Positions 15,165-49,999 of a DNA stretch of 64,000 nucleotides are shown here, piece after piece (position 1 is the stretch's first letter; every line of letters begins with the position of its first letter). The position numbers were made by a program, and so were the translations under genes. The stretch is from Octopus vulgaris. Lineage: Eukaryota. The notes under the pieces are model-generated. The model did no database searches. It was not told the DNA's origin and was given only the letters and a program-made list of their open reading frames with translations. Location of the stretch: the NCBI GenBank assembly GCA_951406725.2, contig OX597836.1:42160001-42224000 (forward strand). Reading direction: 5' to 3'.

Positions 15165-15258
15165 CAGATTATATCATAACATTGAGATTATATCATAACA
15201 CTGAGATTATATCATAACACTGAGATTATATCATAACACTGAGATTATATCATAACAA
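15165..15258 (+). repeat. 19-bp minisatellite, about 5 copies
   Basis: GAGATTATATCATAACACT repeated. Confidence 0.85.
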
Positions 15259-15299
15259 TGCAAGAACAGAACTACCATGAAGAAAATTAGCTTCAGTTT

Positions 15300-15885
15300 T
15301 ATAATTTTCATTGACGACTTAATCTTCGGGAAATTTGAATGCTTGGTCAATGTCAAACTCTTTCTAGGATCCTGCAACTAAGCTGCTTTGCACAAACGGT
15401 TTGGGGCCTGAGTCTCCGCAAGTGCTTGGCTTTATCTCTCTCCTGCTTTCTCTCCTCCATCCACGCTTGCTCCCCTTCGGTAGGAAACATCCTCTCCTCT
15501 CCAACGAGGATTAATTCCAACCAGGAGATGGATGAAGCTCTATCACAGTGGGGAGAGAGCTGGGTTTGTCAGTTCCGGTTAGAGTGGAGGATAGACAGAA
15601 ACAGAGAATATGGGACAATCTGTAGTCAGGTGCCACTTTCAACTCTCTCCTTGATCAATCTGATCATTTTTCAAGGTGTCGCCTACTTTCAGCTCGTGCA
15701 AAATTCTCAGGGGACTGGATTGATGCCTTTCCTGTGGCCGACACTAGAAGATTGGTCAGTTTAGATGAAATCCGCATCTCCATTGCACTCAGAGTGGGAA
15801 CTGAAGTCTGTACAGGACTGAGATGCCACTGTGGTCAGCCCCTTGACCCCACATGTCTTCATTGTCTGTCTTGCCGCTATCTTCG
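15300..15885 (+). mobile_element. Non-LTR retrotransposon fragment (CRE-like clade)
   Basis: RISIALRVG...CHCGQPLD...HCLSC zinc-knuckle region; absent from the paralogous interval. Confidence 0.6.
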
Positions 15886-15923
15886 TCTTTGTATTTCTAT
15901 AAATTTGAACAACATATATATAT

Positions 15924-16019
<96 letters not shown>

Positions 16020-16117
16020 TTGCAGACAGCTTCAATTATCTCGGCCTTGGCCAAACAAGTGGGCTTATCAATTGATCAGAAGGACGGTTTTTATGAAACA
16101 AGTAAGAGTAAAGAGAG

Positions 16118-16169
<52 letters not shown>

Positions 16170-16428
16170 TAAATTAAACATATGCATATATACATACATA
16201 TATGTACGAATATATACACGCATATATGTGTACAGGACACCAAAGAAACGTCGAACACAAGGAGAAACGAAAACATAGACAAAATCTCAAGGACCTGGAC
16301 ATTTTTCTTAAACAACAAAAAACACAAGGAAAAAATCCCTTCTTCAGTCGCCATGGTTTCATCTACTATACGTTTCGAAGGTGAAGGCGATATGACGGAA
16401 CACGCATCCCTTTCTAAGTAAGATTGTT

Positions 16429-16478
<50 letters not shown>

Positions 16479-16634
16479 TATACTCATATATATATATATA
16501 TATACATATATATATGTGCATATATATATATATACATATATATGTGCATATATATATATATACATATACACATACACAGACACACACTTATATATATATA
16601 TATATATACATTATATATATATATATATACACAT

Positions 16635-16671
<37 letters not shown>

Positions 16672-16674
16672 CAT

Positions 16675-16705
<31 letters not shown>

Positions 16706-16803
16706 CACGCACGCACATATATATATATATATATACATACATATATATACATTTATATATTTATTGTGCAAGATTTTTTATGTGAAGTCGTGTGTGGAAA
16801 CAG

Positions 16804-16987
16804 ATATTGTTATATTTCGGAGTGGTCATTTTGCCAGTTTAGCCAATAAAAACACAGGCACTATAAAAAAACAGACGCCGAAATAAGATTATGATTAATG
16901 TAAAAAATAAATAACACTGAAGCAAGTAACATATATAGTGCGTGTGTTTTTACTGGCTAAACTGGCAAAATGACCGTTCCGAAATAT

Positions 16988-16995
<8 letters not shown>
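16804..16995. repeat. Short foldback, ~60-bp arms
   Basis: TTGTTATATTTCGGAGTGGTCATTTTGCCAGTTTAGCC and its reverse complement. Confidence 0.75.
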
Positions 16996-17036
<41 letters not shown>

Positions 17037-17575
17037 CACGCACACATACACACACACACACTATCATGGTCAAATATTCGAAGTTTGATCCTGATCGCAC
17101 CATTTTTCTTTCTACTTTTACAGTGTAAGCATGGCCGCTCCACTAGCAATGACCCCCACCCATCATTTCCAACGCTGTGTTTTAAAAACATGAGCAAAAT
17201 CCCTGAAAAATTTCTCCCCACAAATTTCTCTATAATCATGGTCTATGCCGTTTGAAAGGGATTTGCATAAATTTTCATTAAAAGATACCCATCTTCCTGA
17301 AAGTTATGAGGGGAAAAAGTCAAATCTTGTGAATTTTCCAAAACTTCTCTCTCTGCCGCCTCGGAAAAATGCTTTCTCATAAATCCCTTTATACTCTGAA
17401 GCCACAACATCTAAGCGGTATTTGTAGAAAATTTTGTTAAAAGGGATCCCTTTTTCTGGATATCATGGGGCAACAAAATCGGGGGCGTATACATCTGTAG
17501 TAAGGCCCTTTTATTTATACGACTTTTCCTTTTCTTGTTTATTTCATTCATTGTTTGCAAAGTTCTCCCCCCCTA

Positions 17576-17658
<83 letters not shown>

Positions 17659-18251
17659 TCACTGCAAGGCTTACAAAATGGCTATTGAACTGACATTTCT
17701 ATGCTACTTTGAGGGGAAGTGTACAGCATGGCCACAGAGACTGAAACAAATAAAAGATATTTTAAATAATAATCACCTGCTCCTGACGTTGATGTCCTTT
17801 AAACTCCCTTCAATCCTGAACAAGCAGACCCATAGGTTCAAAAAGACGTCTGAGCTGTGACCATCCCCTCTCATTTTAAACCACTGTGTATCTAGGGGTA
17901 CATAATCCAATGTGCCTAGATTATTTATCTTCTCCAATTTTTAACAGCAACAGCGGTTGATATAAATGTGGAAAAACTGGATTTTTTCTCCTTCATTTCC
18001 TCACGAAAACTACACACTGAATGAATATCGAGGTGAGTTATTCCCCCCTCCCTGTCACAGTCTAATTACTCCATCGACGCTGTTGATTCGTTCTCCTTTC
18101 TTCTCTATATCTCGCTTCATTCCCTCTATTTTCATCTCTCTCTCTCTCTCTCTCTCTTTCTCCCTCTCTCTCTCTCTCTCATTCATGGGACATGCTTCCA
18201 ATCATCACTGTCAAAAGCACTCTGTCTGTCTGTCTATCTATCTATCTATCC

Positions 18252-18297
<46 letters not shown>

Positions 18298-18329
18298 ATA
18301 TCTATCTATCTACCTATCTATCTATCTAC

Positions 18330-18406
<77 letters not shown>

Positions 18407-20202
18407 ACTTTTTTTCGTATATCTTTCCTGTATCTGTCTAGTATTTAGTGCTATCAGAGAGACTATGTGACATTTCAAATGCTGTATGCACGGATCTCAA
18501 ACGCCTACCTCCTTTATCTCTTCCCAGGTAGAGAAACCTGTCGATATCACAATTTCTGTGGAGATTTCTGGTTGGCATCAGAACCTTGCGGGTGTTAATG
18601 TCTATGCAGTGGATTTCTTCTACAGACCAGTCAAGCGTCCCAAATGCCGGAATTTATGTATTCAATGGAGGTACTCAAGCTTTTTAAGAGAGAGTTTTTC
18701 ATGGGAACATACAGAACACTTTTGACGCCCACCTATTTTTTGTGCTAAACCCAAAACGTCTACTGATGAAGACTAACTTCTCTCTTGCCATTCCACTTAT
18801 TGTTCTCTCAATAAGGGAACCATGATTAATGTATTTCTCTCGTGGCCTGTTTTTGACAAGTATTCATTCGTTTGTAAATGACTGTATATCCCTTTTCTGA
18901 ATTTTCCCTGAAACACATATGCAGTCGTAACTTCACAAGCACCTGTATCGTTCGATTTTACCTCTCTCACAAGAAGGTGGGTGTTGTAGGAACTAATATT
19001 CTCTTCCTGATTGAGATTCGAATTTCCAATCTAAAACTTCTCTCTTGCCATTCCACCCATGGTTCTGTCAATAAGGGAACCATGATTAAGGTATTTCCCT
19101 CTTGTAACGGTTAGTACTTCGCTGCAGTTGAGGGTCACCAATTGTAACGGTTTTTGTTGTTAAGGTGTTGGTTGCCGGTGTGCAAGATTGGGAGAAGAAC
19201 AGAGATTGAAGTTGTAAAGAGATATTTATTTACCTTTACATTAATATATCTCCAAAACCACGACAGGTTGGTATGTATAACTGGTTAAATGGAAAAGCAT
19301 GCGAGGTACAAAGATTTAATTTCGGCCGGTAGGCGTGTACACGATCTCATAGTAGTATATATAGAGAGTGATGATAATGTTACAGAGAAAAGAAAGTGAG
19401 TTAGTGAAAGGGAGAGTGGTGGGAGGAAACAACTGCTTCGTTGGTGAGTTAACATAGTTGTCCCTTTGTTCAGCCGTCAGCCAGACTCGGTTCTCACTAA
19501 CTGACTTTGGCTTGCGGAGTTCTTGTTTTTATAACTATCCAAAACCAGCCAGAAGGATAGACACATTGTTGAGAACAATAGATTTCGTTGGTGGTACCTG
19601 TTATCTCTATTCTAGCTTTTGGTGGCCCAGAAGAGATTATAAGGGTCACGTGGCAAAACCATTATTCTGCTTAGCGATGGTATCTGGCAAATGTAACTGC
19701 TGTCACTCACAGAAAAACTATTGTTTTGCCGTGAGAAAAAAGCTGTTGAAGTGCTTAATTAAATTTGGCGATTGAGGATCGAATCCACGCCAAGCCTTCA
19801 TGAACCACTGCACTCTCCTGACCTGTTTTTGACAAGTATTCATTCGTTTGTAAATGACTGTTTATACATTTTCTGCATTTTTCTTGAAACACATATGCAG
19901 TCATAACTGCACAAGCAACTGTATCGTTCGATTTTTAGTTCTCCCACATGAAGGTGAGTGTTGTAGAAACTGGAATTTCTCATCCTAGCTGAGATTCGAA
20001 ATCGAATCTGAAACTTCTCGTTTGCCATTCCAGTTTTTGTTCTGTCAGTAAGGGAACCATGAATAAGGTATTTCTCTCTTGACCTGTGAACCGTGAGTAT
20101 GATAACAAGTTCACGTACAATAACGGTCGACCTACTTCTACCCACCCTTTGTTCACAACGGTGTGTACACCCGTGTAAATATTGTGTATATTGCTATAAA
20201 TA

Positions 20203-20565
20203 AGGCGGCGAGCTGGCAGAAACGTTAGCACGCCGGGCGAAAAGCTGAGCGGTATTTCGTCTGCCGCTGTATTCTGAGTTCAAATTCCGCCGAGGTCGAC
20301 TTTGCCTTTCATCCTTTCGGGGTCGATAAATTAAGTACCAGTTACGTACTGGGGTCGATGTAATCGACTTAATCCGTTTGTCTGTCTGCGTTCGACCTCT
20401 CTGTGTTTAACCTCTTGTGGGTAGAAAAGAAATAGGTATTTCGTCTGCCGCTACGTTCTGAGTTCAAATTTCACCGAGGTCAACTTCGCCTTTCATCCAT
20501 TTGGGGTCTATTAAATAAGTACCAGATACGCACTGGGGTCGATATAATCGACTTAATCCGTTTGT
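20203..20565 (+). mobile_element. tRNA-derived SINE dimer (MetaSINE-like core); paralog at ~51195-51590
   Basis: Head GGCGAGCTGGCAGAA...GAGTTCAAATTCC plus core; many further copies, e.g. 6640-6840, 25000-25600, 30230-30830. Confidence 0.85.
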
Positions 20566-20584
20566 CTATACTTGTATATATATA

Positions 20585-20682
<98 letters not shown>

Positions 20683-20684
20683 TA

Positions 20685-20735
<51 letters not shown>

Positions 20736-21041
20736 ATATATATTGATAGAAATGGTAAGACAGCAAAAGAATGAAAGAAAACTCAATATTATGTAAATAG
20801 AGGAATTTATCTGTAAATATAATAGGTGACAATTATTCGGTAATTTGCTGAGTGGTTGATATTAGGAAAGGCATCTAGCTGTAAAAATCCAGCCAAAACT
20901 GTCACGGAAGTCTGGTGCACGGAAGTTAAATGAGTATGAGGAAGATGATGACAGGCTTCAGCAGGACTATAATCACTAAACTGTCCCCTATCAGCCTTCC
21001 CCATATTACATCCTGGGAACACAACCAAGTCTTTAGCTAAA

Positions 21042-21080
<39 letters not shown>

Positions 21081-22071
21081 TGACACAATGTCGATTACAA
21101 TGACGAGGGTCCCAGTTGATCTGATCAACGGAACGTCCTGCCGTGAAATTAACGTGAAAGTGGCTGAGCACTCCACAGACACAGGTACTCTTAAGTTAGT
21201 TCTCATGGAGAATTCAGTATGACGTAGAGTGTGATAGAGCTGGCCCTTTGAACTATGAGTATTACTCATTTTCGCCAGGTGAGTGGGCTGGAGCAACGTG
21301 AAATAAAGTATCTTGCTCAAAGATACAACGCGCCAACGGGAATCGAACTAAGGACCTTACGACCGCGAGGCGAATGGCCCCTTGCCACTAAGTCACGTGC
21401 CTTCAAAAACACTATATACATATAAATGCACATATGAATACGTGCCCAAACAGGGTGTTAAAGGTTCAGGCATCTGCGCCCCTATTCAAATCCCACCGAA
21501 GAACTCCGACACATGTATCAGCCCTACACGCCTACCAACCCCTTAACACCCTACACATATTTCTACCCAACAGATTCGCATTCTTATAGCCAAACATAAG
21601 AATTTAGAGACCAGGGACGTAACTCTTAGTAAATTCCACACAATTATTTTCCGTGACTTCATTTCGTTCCCGCTCTCTCCTTTTTACAACAACCACAAAC
21701 GAAATGTGGCATTTTGTCACCTCCTGCCGCAAGGCACAGTCGAATATTTATTCTATGCCTTCCATCTCTGACTCGGAAGCACATGTGTTTTAGATAACCA
21801 TCCAGCTATCCAATATCTGGTTATCTGACAATAATTTTACTTTAAACAGAATACTTTTTCTCGAGTAATTATTTACTATTTTTCGTTTTGGGATTTGGTT
21901 TGCAGGAGTCTTTATATGAGTTCGTGTGTTGAAGCATATTCTATTGTGTCTGAGGAGAGTCGTTTTCTTTTTCTGCCTTATTATGTAACACACTCACCGG
22001 TAAAATTTCCACGTTTTTCTTATTTTTATTATCCTAAAATTTTCGTTGCGTCTTGCAACCTTTTTAATAGT

Positions 22072-22081
22072 TTTATTTATT
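22072..22081 (-). terminator. Candidate AATAAA polyadenylation signal(s) of copy B
   Basis: Overlapping AATAAA on the minus strand ~150 nt after the stop; also present downstream of copy C. Confidence 0.35.
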
Positions 22082-22231
22082 ATTCTTTAACAAGAACAGC
22101 TTTGACACGGCTTCAAAGTTTCGGCTTGCTTATCCTTCATCAGACTGTGATATGTTTGAGTTCATCTATTAAACTGACAACAGCTATAATGTAGTCAATC
22201 ATACCAAAAATGTTAAATCATAAACCATTCT

Positions 22232-41749
<19,518 letters not shown>

Positions 41750-42069
41750 CTGGTGAAGATAAACAGAAGAGATAATTGTTGTGTCATGGGATAAAGTGGA
41801 ACCCTCAACTATGTATGATGCTTAGAAAAATAAAATTCTATAAATTTTCCACAAGAACAAATTCTACATCAAACTTAGGTGATGGGACACTTGCAAATGA
41901 TGGAGGGTTCGAAGAAGTCGTAGAGGATTCTGCTGTTGAATTGCTCGTGTCCCAGATAGATTGTTAATTAATCAAGGAACTGATTTTGTTAGATCAAGAG
42001 TAAAATGAGTAATGGTCGTGCCGGATATCTTGGAAGTTTTCTTTACATCTTTGAAACTGAAACCAAAAA

Positions 42070-44370
42070 AGATTAGTATGACTGGAAACAAAAGTAAGAG
42101 CTTGTTTAGGTTATCTCTTTAGATTTTCAGGAGAAATTGTAACCAGCAGTGGTTTGTTATGACGTTTCGTATCTGAAGCAAATGAGTGCTGGCTATAATT
42201 TCTTAAGGAAATCTTTAGAGATGACTTTAACATGTGATTTAATAGCACTGCTAACACAGGAGAAAACAGTATCGACTTATAAGAGTATTTAAGTGAAACT
42301 GGTCAGACAAGTACCAAGAAGCTTTGGAAGAAATTTCTTAATGTCAGAATTCTCATTATCACATTTTGACCCGAATTTACAAAGGGTAGTGGCATCAGAC
42401 ACTAGTGAAAATGGTATTGGAGCTGTGAATTTACACAATTATGAAGATGCTAGCATGAAAGCTGTAGCTCATGCATTCCTTATTTCTGGCTGAGAAAATT
42501 TACAGTCAAATAGAGAAGGAAGAATTAGCCATCATATTTGTGGTAATGAAATTCCATAAATTTATCCTTGGAAGACAATTCTGCTTGCAGACAGACCACC
42601 ACCCATTATTATCAATCTATGGGTAAAAAATTGTATTCCCACACATGCAGCCAACAGAATGCAATGCTGGGGAATGATCTTAGGGAATCATGACTTAAAA
42701 ATGGAGTATTTGCTGTCTAAAAAATAGGTACATGCAGATAGTTTGTTGAGGTTTAATACTAAAATATAGTGAACCACTAGGAGACACAGTGATAGTGGCG
42801 TTAAGAGCCGAAAATGGAATAAAAGGTATATTATGCAATGTTGTGCATGAATTACCTATCATATTGGATGAAATAAAAATTAAGGCGGAGATGGATGAGT
42901 TTATTATGAAAATGAAAAAATAGAGAGATCAGAAGAAACAAATGAAAAATGTGTTTTGTTGGATGAAACACAGTTTTGAACTTGTGTTTGATGTGTGATA
43001 ATGTGCTTATGTATGCACAGATGATCGTAGTGCCTGCCTCATTACAAGATCAAATGTTAAAGGAATTCCACACTAGACATTCAGGAATTTCTAGAATGAA
43101 GTCACTTATTAGTAGTTATCTGTACTGGCCAAAAGTAGATCTAGATATCGAGAAGCTGGTAAAATCCTGCAGAGGCTGTGCTCTTGCAGCAAAGTCACCA
43201 CCTTCAAAATTTCGATCTTTGCCCAAGACTGATTTTCCATGGACCAGGCTACACCATAAATTTAGCAGGACCATTAAATGGATCTTATTATCTAATAGGG
43301 GTATATAGATTTACAAAATTGCCAGAAATGTATAAATGTAGAAAACTGATCTCCACTGTAGTAACAGTGCATTTACTACACGAACATTTTGCAAAGCGTG
43401 GTGTTCCGGGCACCATGATCTCCTGATAATGGTAAACAATTTATTGCAAGTGAATTTAAGAGATTTTGCAAGACACTCTCAATTAAGCATATCACTACTT
43501 CTCTGGGTTACCCAAGATCGAACAGATAAGCTGAGGAAATCCAGAAATGAGGTAGTGGATGATGTAACATTGCAACTATTCCTGAGCATTTACTGTGTAA
43601 CACAAAACGCAAATACCGCTTCAGGCATGTTGCCTGCTGAACTGACCTTGGCAAGAAAAATTACGTCAGCTTTGACAAGTTATTATCTGGAAGAAAAGTA
43701 AAAGCCAGGGAAAGCACTAAAAATATGACCAAGTATTTAAAAACTGGTGATAAGGTGTTTTTCAGAGTGTACAGAAATAGAAAAGAAGGTTAGGAAGATG
43801 GCATAATAATGAAACGGATTGGTAAAATGATGTACATGGTGTAAGGTCCAAAATGGGAATGTAAAAGACATAAATCAGCTAAAAGGGTTTGCTGAAGAAA
43901 GGGTTACAAGGAAAGAAGTACCCATGGAAGTTCTTTACTATATTTTTGATGTGCCGACTCCACAAAAATATCAGTGAACCAAGGCTTACCTGTAAAAATA
44001 AAAGAAAACATAAGAAATTGCTAGAAGTAGTTCCAAAACGGAAAACTTTTAAGCTTCCAAGGGTAGTCAGTCTCAAAATGGGAGATGGAAGGTTCTGAAT
44101 TTTTCGTATTCAAGTATGATAAATTGAAAAACAAAATTCTTTTAGTATTGAAATAAGAAGGAAAATTTGAGAAGGTTAGGGAAAAAGGCTGAGTGGAGAT
44201 GTTGTTATTTGTATTGTGAGAATAGTTTTAGTGATTGATGTTTGCAGGTAGAAATTGTACTGCTGCATTCATTACGGCAACCCTGGTTGACTACCATGAA
44301 ATATAAAAAGAACTTTTTCCAATTCATCAAACTTCGATAAAAAAATAATACAAAACCTTCTGTCTCAACA
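42070..44370 (+). mobile_element. Paralogous Ty3/Gypsy remnant (longer copy)
   Basis: Colinear with 10790-12706 plus ~370 bp extra near 43620-43990. Confidence 0.85.
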
Positions 44371-44616
44371 AACCATTGTTCCTGAAAGTTGTTTTTCTAT
44401 TTACTACGCATTGCTTGAAGCCAACTTTTCCTCCTAAACCTCAATCCTTAGATCTTATATCTATATATACATCTATATATATACCTATATCTATATCTAT
44501 ATCTATCAATCTATCTATCTGTCTATCTATCTATATAAGATATATATATGTGTGTGTGTGTGTGTGTATGTATATATACATATATATGTGTGTGTGTGTG
44601 TGTGTATATATGTATA

Positions 44617-44667
<51 letters not shown>

Positions 44668-44673
<6 letters not shown>

Positions 44674-45064
44674 TTAGAGATAAAACCACTATTAGGCAAA
44701 TAAAACAGTGAAAAACATAAGCCAATACATAAAATTAATTTAAAAATATAAAAGTTAAAACTGAAAAAATTATTTAAATAATTTAAATTTATAAATTTTA
44801 AATATATATATATACAAATATACATATATATATATATATGTATGTATATTATATATTTATATATTATTTATTAATTAATTAATTAATTAATTTATTTATT
44901 TATTTATTTAAAAAAATTTATTTTTATGTAAATATCAAACGTATTAAAAGTTTAGTCTTTATCTTTCATTAAACTTTTAATACTTTTGATATTTATATAA
45001 AAAATAAAATAAATAAATAAATAAATTAATTAATTAATAAATAAAATAATATATAAATATAAAA

Positions 45065-45116
<52 letters not shown>

Positions 45117-45262
45117 ATATATATATATTTAAAATTTATAAATTTAAATTATTTAAATAATCTTTTAATTTTTAACTTTTATATTTTTAAATCAATTTTA
45201 CGTATTGACTTATGTTTTTCACTGTTTGATTTGCCTAATAGTGGTTTTATCTCTAATTTAAT
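44668..45262. repeat. ~600-bp AT-rich foldback palindrome
   Basis: TAAATTAGAGATAAAACCACTATTAGGCAAA... mirrored by ...TTTGCCTAATAGTGGTTTTATCTCTAATTTA; centre near 44960. Confidence 0.85.
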
Positions 45263-45441
45263 ATAATATAATATAATATATTTATACTATAAAATTGGAT
45301 TTAATCCTAAATCTAATTTTTCCCTGTAAGTTTGGATTTATTCCCTAATATTATTATATATATATATATATGTATAATATAATATATATATATATACATA
45401 TATATACACACACACACACATATATATATGTATATATACAT

Positions 45442-45496
<55 letters not shown>

Positions 45497-45500
<4 letters not shown>

Positions 45501-46059
45501 GTTGTCTGGAAAGTTCATGCTGATTTATAGTAGCTTATATTTCGACTTATCTTCGAATATGGTTGCGTCCATAAAATAGGATTTGACTACACCTCCATTT
45601 AGAGCACACTTTAAGCTATCTTTTCGTGGAAGAATGTTTATGTTCCTATAACCTGTATTAATTCTGTAACCCTTTGAAATGGAAGATAAGAAAGTTCATT
45701 TTCGACACTTGATGCTTTGGGAACCAGACAACAATTCCTGCAGCTCGGCTGGGACGTGTTACTCCACCCTCCATATTCCCCCAGATATTACTCCTTCGGA
45801 TTTTCACTTATTCAGGTCTCTGCAGAATAGTCCTAATGGCAAAAATGTCAATTCCTTTGATGATGTAAAAAGATACCTTGATGAATTCTTTGCCATGAAA
45901 CCACCTCATTTCTGGGAAGAGGGTATTTTCAAGTTAAAGGGAAGATGGAGACGCATCTTACAACAAAACGGTTCATATTTGGATGATTAAAAATGTAATG
46001 GCAGGTATTTATTGACCTTTTTCTTTCCTTTAAAAATCGGCAACAATTTTCCGGACAAC

Positions 46060-46063
<4 letters not shown>
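45497..46063 (+). mobile_element. Paralogous deleted mariner element
   Basis: Same TIRs and transposase fragment (PSDFHLFRSLQNS). Confidence 0.9.
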
Positions 46064-46121
<58 letters not shown>

Positions 46122-47273
46122 TATATATGTATGTATGGGTGTGTGTGGATGTGTGGGTGTGTATGTGCGTGCCCCCTCCCCTCATCACCATTTGACAACC
46201 GGTGCTGGTGTGTTTACATCTCCAGAACTTAGTGATTTAGCAAAAGAGTTTGACAGAATAAGCAGTATGCTTAAGAAATAAGTGCCGTGGTCGTTTTGTT
46301 TAACTAAAACCCAAAAACCCTTCAGGCCAGTGCTCCAGCATGGCTGCAATAAAATGACAGAAACAAAGAATAAAAGTAAAAGGGACCCCTTTAATTATTA
46401 TTTTATTCTGGTGGACCCCACTCCAACCGCCACTCAATGTTTAATAACTAATTTTATAGATACTTCTTCCAAAATTCCTATTTTGTTTGTCACACATTAA
46501 CTTGTGTAGTTTGAACCATGTAAAACGTCAGCGAAAGAAATTTAGCTGTTTCTTACAAGATATACACTTGAAACAGAATATGTTTCATTGATCCTTAAAA
46601 CACTTCTGTGATTCCCCAGTTTACTATTTTGCTTGCGTGGACTCCCCAAAAGGCTTATAGAGCCTCTCCCAACTTCCCCGGGAGTCATATATACAGCATG
46701 GCTGAGAACCACTGTTCCAGAAAGCCTTCAAGGCATTTCAGAGAATCATGTTTCCCCTCTCATGTGTCCATAGACTTTATAACTTCTGTGCATCTTCCAC
46801 AGAGAAACACTACTTTCATGGCGGGGATCTTTTATTATTTGGTTCGCCATGATCAAGTTTCTTGTCGTTCACATTCCCTTCAAAAAACAGTTTATTGAGT
46901 TGTTTAAAGAAAAGCGTTTACTCTGTTGTCAATACGACTATTATTAATTGTGCAGTTTGTCTGAGTGGCTTTGTTTGGTAAGGTGACATATATATTTTTT
47001 CGGCAAATTTAGGTTGCTGACATAATTGCTTCTCGTAATTATGTATGGGTGTGTGTGCCTGTACGTATGTATGTGGGGATTACGAACGTATGTATGTATG
47101 CTTGCATGTGGGTGTTCATAGCTGTATGTGCATGTGTATGTGTGTGTGGGTGAGTGTATGTGTGTATTACCATTGAAAATAGGGATGGAATTACACTCAG
47201 CTGGAATTCCACACAGGATAAAGAAAATTAGTGATATGAGGTGTCTGTATACTTGCCCAATTGTGCAAACGTT

Positions 47274-47321
<48 letters not shown>

Positions 47322-47561
47322 GACAGACGGACAATCAGAGACAGACAGACAGACAATGAGAGACAGACAGGCAATGAGAGACAGACAGAGACAGAGAAAA
47401 GGAGACAGTGATATTTATCGCAGCCTTACACGAGTGTAAAGTATTATTACCCAAAAATGAATTCTAGATAATGTTTCATTTTGAGTATTATGACATAATC
47501 ACGGTCAGATAATATCATAATACTGAGATTATATCATAACGGTGACATTATATCAAAACAC

Positions 47562-47593
<32 letters not shown>

Positions 47594-47624
47594 GTATAAG
47601 GGTGAAAAGGAACACACGAGTTGA

Positions 47625-48306
<682 letters not shown>

Positions 48307-48838
48307 GCACACACACACACACACTTTCGTGGTCAAATATTCGAAGTTTGATCCTGATCGCACCATTTTTCTTTCTGCTTTTACAGTGTAAGCATGGGCG
48401 CTCCACTAGCAATGACACCCACCCATCATTTCCAACGCTGTGTTTTAAAAACATGAGCAAAATCCCTGAAAAATTTCTCCCCACAAATTTCTTTATAATC
48501 ATGATCTATGCCGTTTGAAAGGGATTTGCATAAATTTTCATTAAAAGATACCCATCTTCCTGAAAGTTATGAGGGGAAAAAGTCAAATCTTGTGAATTTT
48601 CCAAAACTTCTCTCTCTGCCGCCTCGGAAAAATGCTTTCTCATAAATCCCTTTAAACTCTGAAGCCACAACATCTAAGCGGTATTTGTATAAAATTTTGT
48701 TAAAAGGGATCCCTTTTTCTGGATATCATGGGGCAACAAAATCGGGGGCGTATACATCTGTAGTAAGGCCCTTTTATTTATACGACTTTTCCTTTTCTTG
48801 TTTATTTCATTCATTGTTTGCAAAGTTCTCCCCCCCTA

Positions 48839-48888
<50 letters not shown>

Positions 48889-49462
48889 CTTTCTCTCTTT
48901 CTCTCTCTCTTTCTCTCTTTCTCTCTCTCTCACACACACACACTCACTGCAAGGCTTACAAAATGGCTATTGAACTGACATTTCTATGCTACTTTGAGGG
49001 GAAGTGTACAGCATGGCCACAGAGACTGAAACAAATAAAAGATATTTAAAATAATAATCACCTGCTCCTGACGTTGATGTCCTTTAAACTCCCTTCAATC
49101 CTGAACAAGCAGACCCATAGGTTCAAAAAGACGTCTTAGCTGTGACCATCACCTCTCATTTTAAACCACTGTGTATCTAGGGCTACATAATCCAATGTGC
49201 CTAGATTATTTATCTTCTTCATTTTTTAACAACAACAGTGGTTGATATAAATGTGGAAAAACTGGATTTTTCTCCTTCATTACCTCACGAAAACTACACA
49301 CTGAATGAATATCGAGGTGAGTTATTCCCCCTCCCTGTCACAGTCTAATTACTCTATCGACGCTGTTGATTCGTTCTCCTTTCTTCTCTATATCTTTCTC
49401 CATTCTCTCTCTCTCTTTTCTTGTCACTCTCTCTCTTTCTTTCTTCCATTCTTTCTTTCTCC

Positions 49463-49524
<62 letters not shown>

Positions 49525-49531
49525 CTGTCTG

Positions 49532-49564
<33 letters not shown>

Positions 49565-49945
49565 CACTTTTCTTCGTATATCTTTCCTGTATCTGTCTAG
49601 TATTTAGTGCTATCGGAGAGACTATGTGACATTTCAAATGCTGTATGCACGGATCTCAAACGCCTACCTCCTTTATCTCTTCCCAGGTAGAGAAACCTTT
49701 CGACATCACTATTTCTGTGGAGATTTCTGGTTGACATCCAGAACCTTGCGGATGTTAATGTCTATGCAGTGGATTTCTTCTACATACCAGTCAAGTGTCC
49801 CAAATGTCCGAATTGTTCCACGAATTTATGTATTCAATGGAGGTACTCGAAGCTTTTTTAAGAGAGAGTTTTTCATGACAACATACAGAACACTTTTGAC
49901 GCCCACCTATTTTTTGTGCTAAACCCAAAACATCTACTGATGATG

Positions 49946-49999
<54 letters not shown>

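Noticed and set aside
16335-16390. Hammerhead with GAAAC...CUGAAGA order (also ~55620)
   Set aside because: Stems do not pair convincingly; likely a degenerate PLE-derived repeat.
19143-19454. Solo LTR (TG...CA)
   Set aside because: No target-site duplication found; support too weak.
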